NCBI GenBank assembly: GCA_965249135.1
Contig: OZ252220.1
Coordinates: forward strand, 2,054,283 to 2,118,282
Length of the DNA: 64,000 bases
Reading direction: 5' to 3'
Source of the DNA: Alphaproteobacteria bacterium
GTDB taxonomy: Bacteria; Pseudomonadota; Alphaproteobacteria; GCA-2746255
This document shows, in pieces, positions 1 to 10,116 of this stretch. The first letter of the stretch is position 1, and each line of letters begins with the position of its first letter. A program made the translations under genes and the position numbers. The notes beneath the pieces were generated by a model that was given only the letters and a program-made list of their open reading frames with translations, was not told where the DNA came from and searched no databases.

Positions 1-163
1 GGCGATCGAGCAATTCCCCCTTGATTTGGTCGTTCTCGACGACACGGGCCGTGACGGCATCTTTCGCCGCTTCGACAAGGCGGTCCGCCGCGGCAAGGGC
101 TGCCGCCGTCGTCTGCAGGGAATCGGGAAGGGGAGGCGCAGTCTTGGCAGCCATGTCACTCAT
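1..163 (-). CDS. 5' end (runs off window) of probable acyl-CoA dehydrogenase, likely methylsuccinyl-CoA dehydrogenase
   Basis: Hand translation MSDMAAKTAPPLPDSLQTTAAALAAADRLVEAAKDAVTARVVENDQIKGELLDR resembles the Mcd N-terminus; lies directly downstream of ccr on the same strand. Confidence 0.5.
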   Translation of the reverse strand, partial: MSDMAAKTAPPLPDSLQTTAAALAAADRLVEAAKDAVTARVVENDQIKGELLDR

Positions 164-260
164 GATCGGATCCGAAATCTTCTTTCGCAGAAAAGCGAAT
201 GCGCTGCGAAGGCCTCTAATGTGAACCGGCGTGGCGTGAGGACGAAATCAAAAACGACGC

Positions 261-1544
261 TTATTCCTCTACGACATCTTCAAAGGTGCGCAGCCCTGGG
301 CGCCTGGCTTGAACCAGCACGGCCATATTGCCGGGCTTGTGCTTGTTCTTCCACATCTTGGTATGGGCACGCGCGATGTCCTCCCAGGCGAAGACCTCCG
401 ACATGCAAGGATCGATCCGCCGATCGATGACCAACTGGTTGGCTTGAGTCGCTTGCTTCAAGTGAGCGAAATGACTGCCCTGAATACGCTTCTGGCGCAT
501 CCAGACGAAGCGGGCATCGAAAGTAAGATTATAACCCGTCGTTCCGGCACAGAAGACGACCATGCCGCCACGCTTCACGACGAAACAGGAAACGGGAAAT
601 GTTTGTTCACCAGGATGTTCGAAAACGTAATCGACATCCACGCCCTTACCGGTGAATTCCCATATGGCACGACCAAATTCACGGCACCGCTTCATATAGT
701 CGCCATAAGCTTTTACCTCTTCAACGTCGGGAAGAGGTCCCCAACAATCAAAATTCTTACGATTGATGGCACCTTTCGCGCCAAGAGATTTTACGTAATC
801 GATCTTGTTGTCATCCGAAACGACGCCAATTGCATTCGCACCTGCCGTTGCAATAAGCTGGACCGCCATCGATCCAAGTCCGCCGGAAGCCCCCCATACC
901 AGCACGTTATGGCCGGGCCGCAGGATATGCGGTCGATGGCCGAACAACATGCGATAGGCCGTGGCCAGGGTCAGCGTGTAGCAGCCGCTTTCTTCCCACG
1001 TCAGGTGCTTTGCCCGCGGCATCAATTGCCGGGCTTGCACTCGCGCAAATTGCGCGAAGGAGCCGTCCGGGGTCTCATAGCCCCAGATCCGCTGGGAGGG
1101 GGAAAGCATCGGGTCGCCGCCGTTACATTCCACGTCGTCGCCATCGTCCTGGTTGCAGTGGATGACGACTTCGTCCCCTACCTTCCAGTTGTTCACCTTG
1201 CTGCCGACGGCCCACACGATACCGGACGCATCTGAACCCGCAACGTGAAAATCCGCCTTATGGATGTCGAAGGGAGAGACCGGTGTGCCAAGGGAGGCCC
1301 AGATGCCATTGAAATTAACGCCGGCTGCCATGACTTGGACAAGGACCTCATGGGAATCGATTTCCGGCGTCGGCAGGACTTCGATCTGCATGGCCTTCTC
1401 GGGCTCGCCATGACGCTCGCGCCGGATGGCCCACCCGTACATGTTTTTCGGGACGTGACCGAGCGGCGGGATCTCGCCGATTTCGTAAAGGTCCTTCTTC
1501 GCCGCGCCCGCGTTTAGTTCGACCACCTTGGCGGATTCATTCAT
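261..1544 (-). CDS. ccr: crotonyl-CoA carboxylase/reductase
   Basis: KDLYEIGEIPPLGHVP start, AAGVNFNGIW, IWGYETPDGSFAQF, WGASGGLGS, FEHPGE, WMRQKRIQGSHFA; start placed at MNESAK. Confidence 0.95.
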   Translation of the reverse strand: MNESAKVVELNAGAAKKDLYEIGEIPPLGHVPKNMYGWAIRRERHGEPEKAMQIEVLPTPEIDSHEVLVQVMAAGVNFNGIWASLGTPVSPFDIHKADFHVAGSDASGIVWAVGSKVNNWKVGDEVVIHCNQDDGDDVECNGGDPMLSPSQRIWGYETPDGSFAQFARVQARQLMPRAKHLTWEESGCYTLTLATAYRMLFGHRPHILRPGHNVLVWGASGGLGSMAVQLIATAGANAIGVVSDDNKIDYVKSLGAKGAINRKNFDCWGPLPDVEEVKAYGDYMKRCREFGRAIWEFTGKGVDVDYVFEHPGEQTFPVSCFVVKRGGMVVFCAGTTGYNLTFDARFVWMRQKRIQGSHFAHLKQATQANQLVIDRRIDPCMSEVFAWEDIARAHTKMWKNKHKPGNMAVLVQARRPGLRTFEDVVEE

Positions 1545-1615
1545 CGTCGTCCGGTCTCCCTCCGTCCCGAAAACATGCCGTCTTCCACCCGTAACATCTA
1601 GCGCCGGCCGAAAGT

Positions 1616-1630
1616 TTTTGCAATGCAAAA
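1616..1630. promoter_or_regulatory. palindrome TTTTGCA-A-TGCAAAA in the AT-rich divergent ccr/ecm promoter region (possible PhaR-type TGC-N3-GCA operator)
   Basis: Perfect inverted repeat seen; regulator identity is inference. Confidence 0.35.
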
Positions 1631-1748
1631 TATATTAGTTTATTTCACTTAATAGATTATTTATATAATAATATGTCTTTTTTTTATATGACTTTGAAAG
1701 ATTAACAATCATTTTGTGAGGAGGCCACAAAACCCTTAGCATTTGGCC

Positions 1749-3782
1749 ATGCGAAGGACAAAGACGCAACCAGCAGCGAAAAAGTCCACGCCCACGGGGC
1801 CGGTTGGCCGGGATCAGCCTTGGCTCTTCCGGACCTATTCGGGGCATACCTCGGCGGCGGCCTCGAACGCGCTTTACCGGACGAACCTGGCGCGAGGTCA
1901 GACGGGCCTTTCAATCGCCTTCGATCTGCCAACCCAGACGGGCTACGACGCAGACCACGAGCTCGCCCGTGGCGAGGTCGGCAAGGTCGGCGTGCCCATC
2001 TCCCATCTTGGCGACATGCTGACCCTCTTCGAGGGCATCCCGCTTGACCGCATGAACACCTCGATGACGATCAACGCCACGGCACCTTGGCTGCTTGCGC
2101 TTTACGTTGCAGCGGCTGAAAAACAGGGACTCGCTCGTGACACGTTGAGCGGCACCGTTCAGAACGATCTTGTTAAGGAATATCTCTCGCGCGGAACGTA
2201 TATCTTTCCGCCTGCTCCCAGTATGAAGCTCACGGCCGACGTGATCAGCTTCACCTATGGGGAGATCCCGAAGTGGAATCCGATCAACGTCTGTTCCTAT
2301 CATCTGCAGGAGGCGGGTGCGACACCGGTACAGGAACTCGCCTTTGCGCTCGCGACGGCCTGCGCCGTGCTCGATTCGGTGCGCGATTCGGGCCAAGTGC
2401 CGAAAGCGGATTTCCCCAAAGTCGTCGGCCGCGTCAGCTTCTTCGTGAATGCTGGAATCCGCTTCATCACCGAAATATGCAAGATGCGCGCGTTCGTTGA
2501 CCTGTGGGATGAAATCACGCAGGACCGTTACGCAGTGAAGGATCCGAAATTTCGCCGTTTTCGTTACGGCGTACAGGTCAATTCACTCGGCCTTACCGAA
2601 CAACAGCCGGAGAACAACGTTTATCGAATCCTTCTAGAGATGCTTGCCATCGTGCTTTCGAAAGATGCGCGGGCCCGCGCCGTTCAATTACCGGCTTGGA
2701 ACGAAGCACTTGGTCTGCCGCGCCCCTGGGATCAGCAGTGGAGTCTGCGCCTCCAGCAGATCGTTGCCTATGAGACGGATCTTCTCGAATACGAAGACAT
2801 CTTTAATGGCTCCACCGTCATCGATAAGAAAGTCGAAGAATTGAAAAAGGGTGCTCGCGATGAGCTTCGTCAGATCGAAGAAATCGGCGGCGTCCTTGCC
2901 GGCATCGAGTCCGGCTACATGAAGCAGCGCATTGTCGAGTCGAATAATCGTCGCATTGCCACCGTCGAATCGGGGGAGCGGATCGTCGTAGGGGTCAATC
3001 GTTATCAGGAGACGGCGGCTTCACCCCTGATGGCGGGCCAGGACGGTGGATACCTTACCCCGGATCCCAAGGCCGAGGGGGGTCAGATCGCACGGCTCAA
3101 GGCGTGGCGGGAGGACCGTGATGCGAAGGCGGTGGCAACGGCGCTGGAGACGCTTCGCAGCGCCGCCAAGAGCGGACAGAATATCATGAAACCCTCAATC
3201 GCCTGTGCCCATGCCGGTGTGACGACGGGGGAATGGGGCGATCTTCTCCGTGAAATTTTTGGGGAATACCGTGCGCCTACCGGCGTGCAAGGGGCGGTGG
3301 GCGCCGCCCAAAATCTCGACGCATTCCAGGCCGTTCGCGCACGCGTGGACAGGGTTACGAAGAAACTTGGTCAACCGATCAAGTTCCTTGTCGGCAAGCC
3401 GGGTCTTGATGGTCACTCAAGCGGGGCGGAGCAATTGGCGCTTCGGGCACGAGACGTCGGCATGGAGGTTATTTACGAGGGCATCCGGCTCACACCTTCC
3501 CAGATCGTCGAGTCGGCAATCGAAGAGGGCGTGCACGTCATAGGACTTTCCATTCTTTCAGGGTCGCATCTGGGACTCGTGCAAAGCGTTCTCGAGCAGA
3601 TGCGAACGAGCGGCATCGAAGACCTCCCCGTCGTGATCGGCGGCATCATCCCGCCGGAGGACGAAAAGTTGCTGAAAGAGATGGGCGTTGCCCGCGTCTA
3701 TACGCCGAAAGACTACGATTTCTCGGCAATCCTGGAGGACATCGTCGATTTGATCGACAAGCGCCTTCAGGCGGTGGCTTGA
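1749..3782 (+). CDS. ecm: ethylmalonyl-CoA mutase (MeaA/Ecm), B12-dependent
   Basis: PWLFRTYSGH, GLSIAFDLPTQTGYD, C-terminal B12-binding GKPGLDGHSSGAE; divergent from ccr. Confidence 0.93.
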   Translation: MRRTKTQPAAKKSTPTGPVGRDQPWLFRTYSGHTSAAASNALYRTNLARGQTGLSIAFDLPTQTGYDADHELARGEVGKVGVPISHLGDMLTLFEGIPLDRMNTSMTINATAPWLLALYVAAAEKQGLARDTLSGTVQNDLVKEYLSRGTYIFPPAPSMKLTADVISFTYGEIPKWNPINVCSYHLQEAGATPVQELAFALATACAVLDSVRDSGQVPKADFPKVVGRVSFFVNAGIRFITEICKMRAFVDLWDEITQDRYAVKDPKFRRFRYGVQVNSLGLTEQQPENNVYRILLEMLAIVLSKDARARAVQLPAWNEALGLPRPWDQQWSLRLQQIVAYETDLLEYEDIFNGSTVIDKKVEELKKGARDELRQIEEIGGVLAGIESGYMKQRIVESNNRRIATVESGERIVVGVNRYQETAASPLMAGQDGGYLTPDPKAEGGQIARLKAWREDRDAKAVATALETLRSAAKSGQNIMKPSIACAHAGVTTGEWGDLLREIFGEYRAPTGVQGAVGAAQNLDAFQAVRARVDRVTKKLGQPIKFLVGKPGLDGHSSGAEQLALRARDVGMEVIYEGIRLTPSQIVESAIEEGVHVIGLSILSGSHLGLVQSVLEQMRTSGIEDLPVVIGGIIPPEDEKLLKEMGVARVYTPKDYDFSAILEDIVDLIDKRLQAVA

Positions 3783-4618
3783 GAATCACCTACCGTTTCG
3801 TTTGCGGCCCAACCGGTCAGATAAATAATTTGGAAGGTTGCCGAAAGTTGGTTCTTCGCCTCCTGAAAGCGATCCTTATAGGCCTTCGCCATGCGAAGGA
3901 ACGTCCCGCGTGGCGTAAAGTTTCGTCGCCGCGCATGAAGGGCGTTCGCTTCTCCCATATTTCTAAGATCAGCCATTAAATTAAAGACGGTCGGATAAGT
4001 CGCCGTAATCGTGTCGCAGTCGGAAACCGGCTCGATAAAACCCGCCCGCTGCAAAAGCTGACCGGCGTCTCGGGTTTCCGTGAAGGGTGAAATCCGTGGA
4101 CTGACACCGCCCTCCACTTCCGTTTCCGCAATGAGAAAAGCCTCGTAGAGTTCTTTCAGCGTTTCTCCGCCAAGTACCGCGCCGAGGAAAAGACCTCCCG
4201 GCTTTAGGCAATGGCGTATCTGGACAAGCGCGCCCGGTAGATCGTTCACCCAATGGAGGCTTAGACAGCTAAGCACAAGATCAAAACGCCGTTCTCCGAA
4301 TGGCAGAAATTCCTCATCCGTAACGAGAGGCAGAAGGTTGCTATCTTGCTGGACGGCGCGTCTTGCCATTGACGGGGAAAGATCACACGCAACCGTGTGC
4401 TCGGTACCGTGCCGTTTTTGCATTAGGCCTGCCAAATATCCGGTGTGGCAGCCGAGGTCGAGAACCTCTGGGAAGTCACGGAGCACATCATCGAGTCGAT
4501 CGGCAAGGCGCTCCGCTACCTCGCGAAACAAAAAGTCGTGTCCGTCAAAGGCGTCGGATACACGATCCCGATGCCGACGAACAAGGGCACGATCGAAAAG
4601 GCTTACTTCGTCGGACAT
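3767..4618 (-). CDS. SAM-dependent methyltransferase (BioC/NDUFAF5-like)
   Basis: LFDRALVRRHRDR, LDLGCHTG, SLHWVNDLPG, SPRISPF; usual position divergent from comF. Confidence 0.85.
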   Translation of the reverse strand: MSDEVSLFDRALVRRHRDRVSDAFDGHDFLFREVAERLADRLDDVLRDFPEVLDLGCHTGYLAGLMQKRHGTEHTVACDLSPSMARRAVQQDSNLLPLVTDEEFLPFGERRFDLVLSCLSLHWVNDLPGALVQIRHCLKPGGLFLGAVLGGETLKELYEAFLIAETEVEGGVSPRISPFTETRDAGQLLQRAGFIEPVSDCDTITATYPTVFNLMADLRNMGEANALHARRRNFTPRGTFLRMAKAYKDRFQEAKNQLSATFQIIYLTGWAANETVGDSQATA

Positions 4619-4718
4619 GGCAAATTTATGACACGTCCAACCAACCCAGACAAAGGGGGCCTCGAAAGCCAAGGGAACGATTGACAAGCCGCCCCATCAG
4701 CGATCACATTTTCTTCCA

Positions 4719-5465
4719 ATGACCAGCGTCGAACGGCATGCCGGTATCCATCGGTTCGGAAGTCATCTGCTCAATCTTCTCTTGCCTTCGCAGTGCCTTG
4801 CCTGTGGGGTGACGATTGACCAACAGGGCGGCCTTTGTGCGGCTTGCTGGGAGGCGGTCGATTTTCTCTCACCACCTTGTTGTGCCGCCTGCGGTTACCC
4901 CTTCGAGTTCAATGCCGGTGAAGGAGCCCTGTGTGCTGCCTGTCTCGAACGGCGACCAGCCTACGGTAGGGCGAGAGCCGTCATGCGATACGCGTCCCCG
5001 GCGCGAGACTTGGTCCTTGGCTTCAAACATGGCGACCGGACCTATGCGGCCCCTGCTTTTGGTCGCTGGCTTTACCGTGCGGGCCAGGAATTGCTGACGG
5101 ATGCGGACATGCTTGTGCCGGTACCTCTTCATTGGACCCGCCTTTTCCAACGCCGTTTCAATCAATCGGCTCTGATCGCGCGCGCCTTGGGGCGCCTGAG
5201 CGGGATCCCGGTTCGTGCCGATCTCTTGCTACGTCACCGCCGAACGTCCTCTCAAGGTGTTCTCAGCCCAGCTGCCCGCCGCCGCAATGTATCCGGCGCC
5301 TTTACACTTCGTCAGAACAACGAAGCTTGGGTTTCCGGGAAACAAATTCTGCTCATCGACGATGTGATGACCACCGGTGCCACCGTGGAAGCTTGTGCGG
5401 AAACACTGCTTGATGCGGGGGCGGCAGGCGTCGACGCGCTTACGCTCGCCCGGGTTATCCGCTGA
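4719..5465 (+). CDS. comF: ComF family protein (double Zn-ribbon plus phosphoribosyltransferase)
   Basis: CxxC pairs, VPVPLHW..R.FNQS, LLIDDVMTTGAT. Confidence 0.9.
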   Translation: MTSVERHAGIHRFGSHLLNLLLPSQCLACGVTIDQQGGLCAACWEAVDFLSPPCCAACGYPFEFNAGEGALCAACLERRPAYGRARAVMRYASPARDLVLGFKHGDRTYAAPAFGRWLYRAGQELLTDADMLVPVPLHWTRLFQRRFNQSALIARALGRLSGIPVRADLLLRHRRTSSQGVLSPAARRRNVSGAFTLRQNNEAWVSGKQILLIDDVMTTGATVEACAETLLDAGAAGVDALTLARVIR

Positions 5466-5484
5466 AAGCGAGGCTAGGGGTCGA

Positions 5485-6336
5485 ATGATGACGCAATCCT
5501 TCATTGTGGCCTGCGTTCAGACAAATTCCGGACGGGATATCGAGCCAAATTTCAACCCCGTTTCCGATCTTGTTTTGCAGGCGCGGAAAGCTGGAGCGGA
5601 TTTCATTTTGCTCCCGGAAAACGTCGCTATGATGGAGCCCACACGCAAGGGGCTCCTCGAAAAAGCCGTAGCAGAGGACATGCATCCGGCCCTCGTCCAT
5701 TTCCGCAATCTGGCGAAAAAAACGGGGGCATGGCTACTGGTTGGTTCGCTCTCCATCCGGCTGAATGAAAAGCAGGTGGCCAATCGCTCCTTTCTCCTCG
5801 ACGCCGAAGGCGGAATCGTCACGCAGTACGACAAGATCCATATGTTCGATGTCGATCTTGAAGATGGTGAGTCCTATCAAGAATCGAAAATTTACCGTTC
5901 CGGCGAACAAGCGGTAATGGCCGATACACCGTGGGGGCCGGTCGGACTCACGATCTGCTATGACCTTCGCTTTCCGCATCTCTACCGTACGCTTGCCCGG
6001 GCCGGTGCGAAATATCTCACCGTGCCTTCTGCCTTTACGCGGACGACCGGAAGAGCGCATTGGCATACGCTGATACGTTCCCGGGCCATCGAGACCGGGG
6101 CCTACCTGTTCGCTCCCGCCCAATGCGGAAACCACGCAGGCAATCGACAAACCTTTGGTCATTCCCTTGTCGTCGACCCATGGGGGGAGGTGCTTGCCGA
6201 TGGTGGCGATGAGGTTGGTGTTGTCCTAGCCGAGATCGACCCTAAGAAAGTCGATGCGGCGCGACGGAAGATCCCATCGCTTCACCACGACAGGCCATTC
6301 GTCCTGGCGTCTGCTTCGAAGTCCTCTGAATCGTAA
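5485..6336 (+). CDS. carbon-nitrogen hydrolase (Nit1-like deaminated glutathione amidase)
   Basis: LLPEN, YDKIHMFD, ICYDLRFP catalytic motifs, GHSLVVDPWG. Confidence 0.9.
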   Translation: MMTQSFIVACVQTNSGRDIEPNFNPVSDLVLQARKAGADFILLPENVAMMEPTRKGLLEKAVAEDMHPALVHFRNLAKKTGAWLLVGSLSIRLNEKQVANRSFLLDAEGGIVTQYDKIHMFDVDLEDGESYQESKIYRSGEQAVMADTPWGPVGLTICYDLRFPHLYRTLARAGAKYLTVPSAFTRTTGRAHWHTLIRSRAIETGAYLFAPAQCGNHAGNRQTFGHSLVVDPWGEVLADGGDEVGVVLAEIDPKKVDAARRKIPSLHHDRPFVLASASKSSES

Positions 6337-6343
6337 ATTCGTC

Positions 6344-6886
6344 TTAGTGCCACGGGTTCGGATTCTTGATAGCGGCGATCCGTTGCAGAACTGCAGGGTT
6401 TGGCTCACCTCGCTCCAGTTGCTCGTAGGAAACGACATGGAGCGTACCCGCGAGACGCTGCAGGAGCTCGCCATCCTCTAGGAGGTAATCCGGGTTCCTT
6501 GGGTGACCGAAACGCTCGTTGCCTTTGGCAAAGGTCTCGTAAATCAGAACTCCGTTGTCATCCAATGATTCGATAAACCTCGGAAAGAGGGGACGATAAA
6601 GATAGTTCGTAACAACGATGCCGGCAAAACGGGATTCCTGAAACGGCCATGGTTGAGCGCCTTCTAGGTCCACCTCGATCGCCGAGACCTTCGGGTGATT
6701 GCGAAGCTCCCCGAGCCGCTCGAGATTCCGGTCAACGGCAACGACCGGATGGCCGTGGTCCAGAAAAAATTGGGTGTTACGACCATGGCCGCAGGCGATG
6801 TCCAGGATTTCTCCGCCTTTGTGAATGCGATTCACAAATCGGGTGACCCAAGGGGAAGGCGGCAAGGTTTGATCTGCGTGCGTCAT
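6344..6886 (-). CDS. class I SAM-dependent methyltransferase (TehB-like)
   Basis: LDIACGHGRN, VVTNYLYRP, LIYETF. Confidence 0.8.
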   Translation of the reverse strand: MTHADQTLPPSPWVTRFVNRIHKGGEILDIACGHGRNTQFFLDHGHPVVAVDRNLERLGELRNHPKVSAIEVDLEGAQPWPFQESRFAGIVVTNYLYRPLFPRFIESLDDNGVLIYETFAKGNERFGHPRNPDYLLEDGELLQRLAGTLHVVSYEQLERGEPNPAVLQRIAAIKNPNPWH

Positions 6887-6916
6887 AAGGAAGGTTGTTT
6901 GTTCTTTTATTTTTCA

Positions 6917-7687
6917 CTACGATGGTCGCTGGTCCGCTTGCGTCGCGAAAGCAAGATAGTTGACTTCCAAACTACGACTCAAGCGCCACGCATCGTGCAA
7001 GGGATCGTAGATCATTCCGCTTAGATCCTGAATGACGAAACCATGTGGCCTTAAAAAATTTGCAACTTCAGATGGCCGCAAAAACTTTTGCCAAGTGTGG
7101 GTGCCTCGAGGAAGCCAGCGCATCACGTATTCTGCCCCGACGATGGCAAGCAGATACGCTTTGATTGTCCGGTTCAAGGTGGCAACCACCATCGCACCGT
7201 TATCCTTTATCAATGCCGCACAACTTCCAAGGAAGGCATCCGGATTGACGACATGTTCGACGACTTCCAAGTTGAGAACGGCATCAAACTTTCGGCCTTC
7301 CGTCACCATGGCTTCGGCAGTCGATAGACGATAGTCGATAGTCAAGCCCATCTGCTCCGTGTGCTGGCGGGCGATTTCGATGTTGCGTTCAACAACGTCG
7401 ATGCCGGTCACCTCTGCACCGAGCCGGGCAAGTGGCTCGCATAAGAGCCCACCGCCACATCCAATGTCGAGAATGGAAAGATCCTTGAATGGTTTTGGCT
7501 GAAGCGGATCGCGTCCGAAATGCGCAGCCAGGTGATCCCGGATAAAGGCGAGGCGGATGGGATTAATCCGGTGAAGGGGGCGAAATTTCCCATGCGGGTC
7601 CCACCAGGCATCCGCGATCGCCTCGAAACTTGCGACTTCGCGTGCATCCACGCTGCTTGATTCGGGGTTCTGGACAATATCCGCCAC
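6917..7687 (-). CDS. ubiG: bifunctional ubiquinone biosynthesis O-methyltransferase
   Basis: WWDPHGKFRPLHRINP, LDIGCGGGLL, EVVEHV, LPRGTHTW. Confidence 0.95.
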   Translation of the reverse strand: MADIVQNPESSSVDAREVASFEAIADAWWDPHGKFRPLHRINPIRLAFIRDHLAAHFGRDPLQPKPFKDLSILDIGCGGGLLCEPLARLGAEVTGIDVVERNIEIARQHTEQMGLTIDYRLSTAEAMVTEGRKFDAVLNLEVVEHVVNPDAFLGSCAALIKDNGAMVVATLNRTIKAYLLAIVGAEYVMRWLPRGTHTWQKFLRPSEVANFLRPHGFVIQDLSGMIYDPLHDAWRLSRSLEVNYLAFATQADQRPS

Positions 7688-7860
7688 TTGGTTGCTCCTG
7701 ATCGCCTGCTGGGCTCGGTTTTGGCTTGCCTTTCCGCCAGTTTACGATGGGGGCGGGCTTGTATCGGTGATTCCTTAAGAGTATGAATAGCCCCCGATTT
7801 CGGTAACTTACTGGATCAGGAAGGGTCCCGAAAGGCTGGAAACCGGCCGGGATGGGCCAG

Positions 7861-9081
7861 ATGGCGCGTGTCGTTCAAAAATTTGGTGGGACCTCCCTTG
7901 CGGATATCGAGCATATCCGCAATGCAGCCCAACGCGCGGTTGCCGAAGTCAAGGCGGGCAACGAAGTCGCGGTCGTTGTCTCTGCGATGGGAGGCATGAC
8001 GGATCAATTGATTGATTGGGTCGATGAGGTCTCCGAGCAAGACGACTCGGCTGAATATGACAGCGTCGTTTCTGCTGGTGAACAGATCAGTTCAGGCCTG
8101 CTTGCGCTCGCCATCGAAAAGTTAGGCGTTCCCGCGCGCTCGTGGACAGGCTGGCAGGTGCCGGTGGCGACGGATGCCACACATGCGAAGGCGAGAATTC
8201 AGCAGCTCGATGCAACGAAGATCCTGCAGGATCTTAAGAGCGGAACGATTCCGGTCCTGGCAGGCTTTCAAGGCGTTGGGCCGGATGGCCGTGTGACGAC
8301 CTTTGGCCGAGGCGGATCGGATACGTCTGCGGTCGCACTCGCCGCGGCTTTGGATGCCGAACGGTGTGACATCTTCACCGATGTTGAGGGCGTTTTTACA
8401 TCGGACCCTCGTATCGTTGCCAAGGCGCGGAAGCTGGATAGAATTACGTATGAAGAGATGTTGGAGCTTGCCTCGCAGGGCGCCAAAGTTTTGCAGACTC
8501 GCTCCGTCGCACTGGCGATAAAGCATCGGGTTCGCCTCCAGGTATTGTCCAGTTTTTCCGATGCCCCGGGCACGCTGGTTGTTGGCGAGGAGGAAATCGT
8601 GGAGCAAGAAATTGTCAGCGGGATCGCTTATAGCCGGGACGAGGCAAAAATCACCCTTGTGAAGGTGCCGGATCGGCCAGGCGTTGCGGCGGCTATCTTT
8701 GGTCCTTTGGCTGAGGCGGACATCAACGTCGACATGATCGTCCAGAACGTTTCCGAAGACGGCAGTGCGACGGATCTGACGTTTACGGTAACGCGCGGCG
8801 ACTTTGATCGGGCCCTTGAGTTGATTCAGGGGAAGAAGAAAGAGCTTAATTATCAAGCTCTTATACCGGATCCGAACGTAGCGAAGATCTCGGTGATCGG
8901 GGTTGGCATGCGAAGCCATGTGGGCGTAGCCCAGCGGATGTTCCAGACCCTTGCCGAAAAGGGAATCAACATCCAGGTCATCTCCACCTCAGAAATCAAG
9001 GTGAGCGTCCTGATCGCCGAAGAATACACGGAACTGGCATTACGCGCGCTCCATTCCGCATACGGTTTGGATGCCTCCTAA
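7861..9081 (+). CDS. lysC: aspartate kinase
   Basis: VQKFGGTS, GRGGSDTSA, two ACT domains, ISTSEIKVS. Confidence 0.95.
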   Translation: MARVVQKFGGTSLADIEHIRNAAQRAVAEVKAGNEVAVVVSAMGGMTDQLIDWVDEVSEQDDSAEYDSVVSAGEQISSGLLALAIEKLGVPARSWTGWQVPVATDATHAKARIQQLDATKILQDLKSGTIPVLAGFQGVGPDGRVTTFGRGGSDTSAVALAAALDAERCDIFTDVEGVFTSDPRIVAKARKLDRITYEEMLELASQGAKVLQTRSVALAIKHRVRLQVLSSFSDAPGTLVVGEEEIVEQEIVSGIAYSRDEAKITLVKVPDRPGVAAAIFGPLAEADINVDMIVQNVSEDGSATDLTFTVTRGDFDRALELIQGKKKELNYQALIPDPNVAKISVIGVGMRSHVGVAQRMFQTLAEKGINIQVISTSEIKVSVLIAEEYTELALRALHSAYGLDAS

Positions 9082-9085
9082 TTCG

Positions 9086-10105
9086 ATGGGAAAGGGCAAC
9101 TCCCACCTCGATCGTTACTGGCGAGGGGGGTGCGAATTCTTGGGCGTCGATTACGCCATTCTGGGCGGTGCCATGACGTGGCTGTCCGAGCGTCACTTGG
9201 TGGCCGCGTTGTCGAACGCAGGTGGATTTGGCGTGATTGCCTCGGGCCCGATGTCTCCCGACCAACTGTCGGAGGAAATCCGCGAGACGTTCGCGCGGAC
9301 GGATCGTCCCTTCGGTGTCAATTTAATCACGATGCATCCAGAGCTAATGGCATTGATCGATACCTGCCTCGATCACAAGGTTTCCCATATCGTACTTGCC
9401 GGGGGCATTCCGTCCGCCAGTGCGATCGGTCGGATTAAGGCTACGAAGACAAAAGTGCTTTGCTTTGCTCCGAATCTAAACCTCGGACGCAAACTGATTA
9501 GTCGCGGCGCGAACGCCCTTATTATCGAAGGCATGGAAGCGGGGGGACACACGGGACCGGTGTCAACGAGCGTATTGGCTCAGGAAATCCTTCCGAATAT
9601 CCGGGACGTGCCAGTTTTCGTGGCTGGCGGAATCGGTCGGGGGGAAGCAGTCCTTTCTTACCTTGAGATGGGTGCATCGGGCTGCCAGCTGGGAACCCGC
9701 TTTGTCTGTGCGGCGGAATCGATCGCCCATCCTCGTTTCAAGGAGGCATTTATTAAGGCATCGGCTCGGGACGCGGTTCTTTCTGTCCAACTAGACCCAA
9801 AATTTCCGGTTATTCCGGTGCGAGCCTTGGCGAATCAGGCGACGGCGCGTTTCTTGGAAACGCAGCGAAGTGTGATCGAAAAATTTCGTCTTGGCGAAGT
9901 AAGTCAAAAGGATGCCCAACTTGAAATCGAGCATTTCTGGGCAGGAGCGCTCCGTCGCGCCGCCATCGATGGCGACATCGAGAATGGATCGATGATGGCG
10001 GGCCAAAGTGTTGGTATGGTGACGCGCGAGCAATCTACGCATGAAATAATCCAGGAGCTACTGGAGCAGGCAGTTACCGCCTCGGAGGCACGAAACCAAA
10101 TCTGA
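9086..10105 (+). CDS. nitronate monooxygenase / FabK-like flavin oxidoreductase
   Basis: GGAMTW, EGMEAGGH, VAGGIG, QLGTRF, MAGQSVG. Confidence 0.85.
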   Translation: MGKGNSHLDRYWRGGCEFLGVDYAILGGAMTWLSERHLVAALSNAGGFGVIASGPMSPDQLSEEIRETFARTDRPFGVNLITMHPELMALIDTCLDHKVSHIVLAGGIPSASAIGRIKATKTKVLCFAPNLNLGRKLISRGANALIIEGMEAGGHTGPVSTSVLAQEILPNIRDVPVFVAGGIGRGEAVLSYLEMGASGCQLGTRFVCAAESIAHPRFKEAFIKASARDAVLSVQLDPKFPVIPVRALANQATARFLETQRSVIEKFRLGEVSQKDAQLEIEHFWAGALRRAAIDGDIENGSMMAGQSVGMVTREQSTHEIIQELLEQAVTASEARNQI

Positions 10106-10116
10106 GTCGTAGGGTC

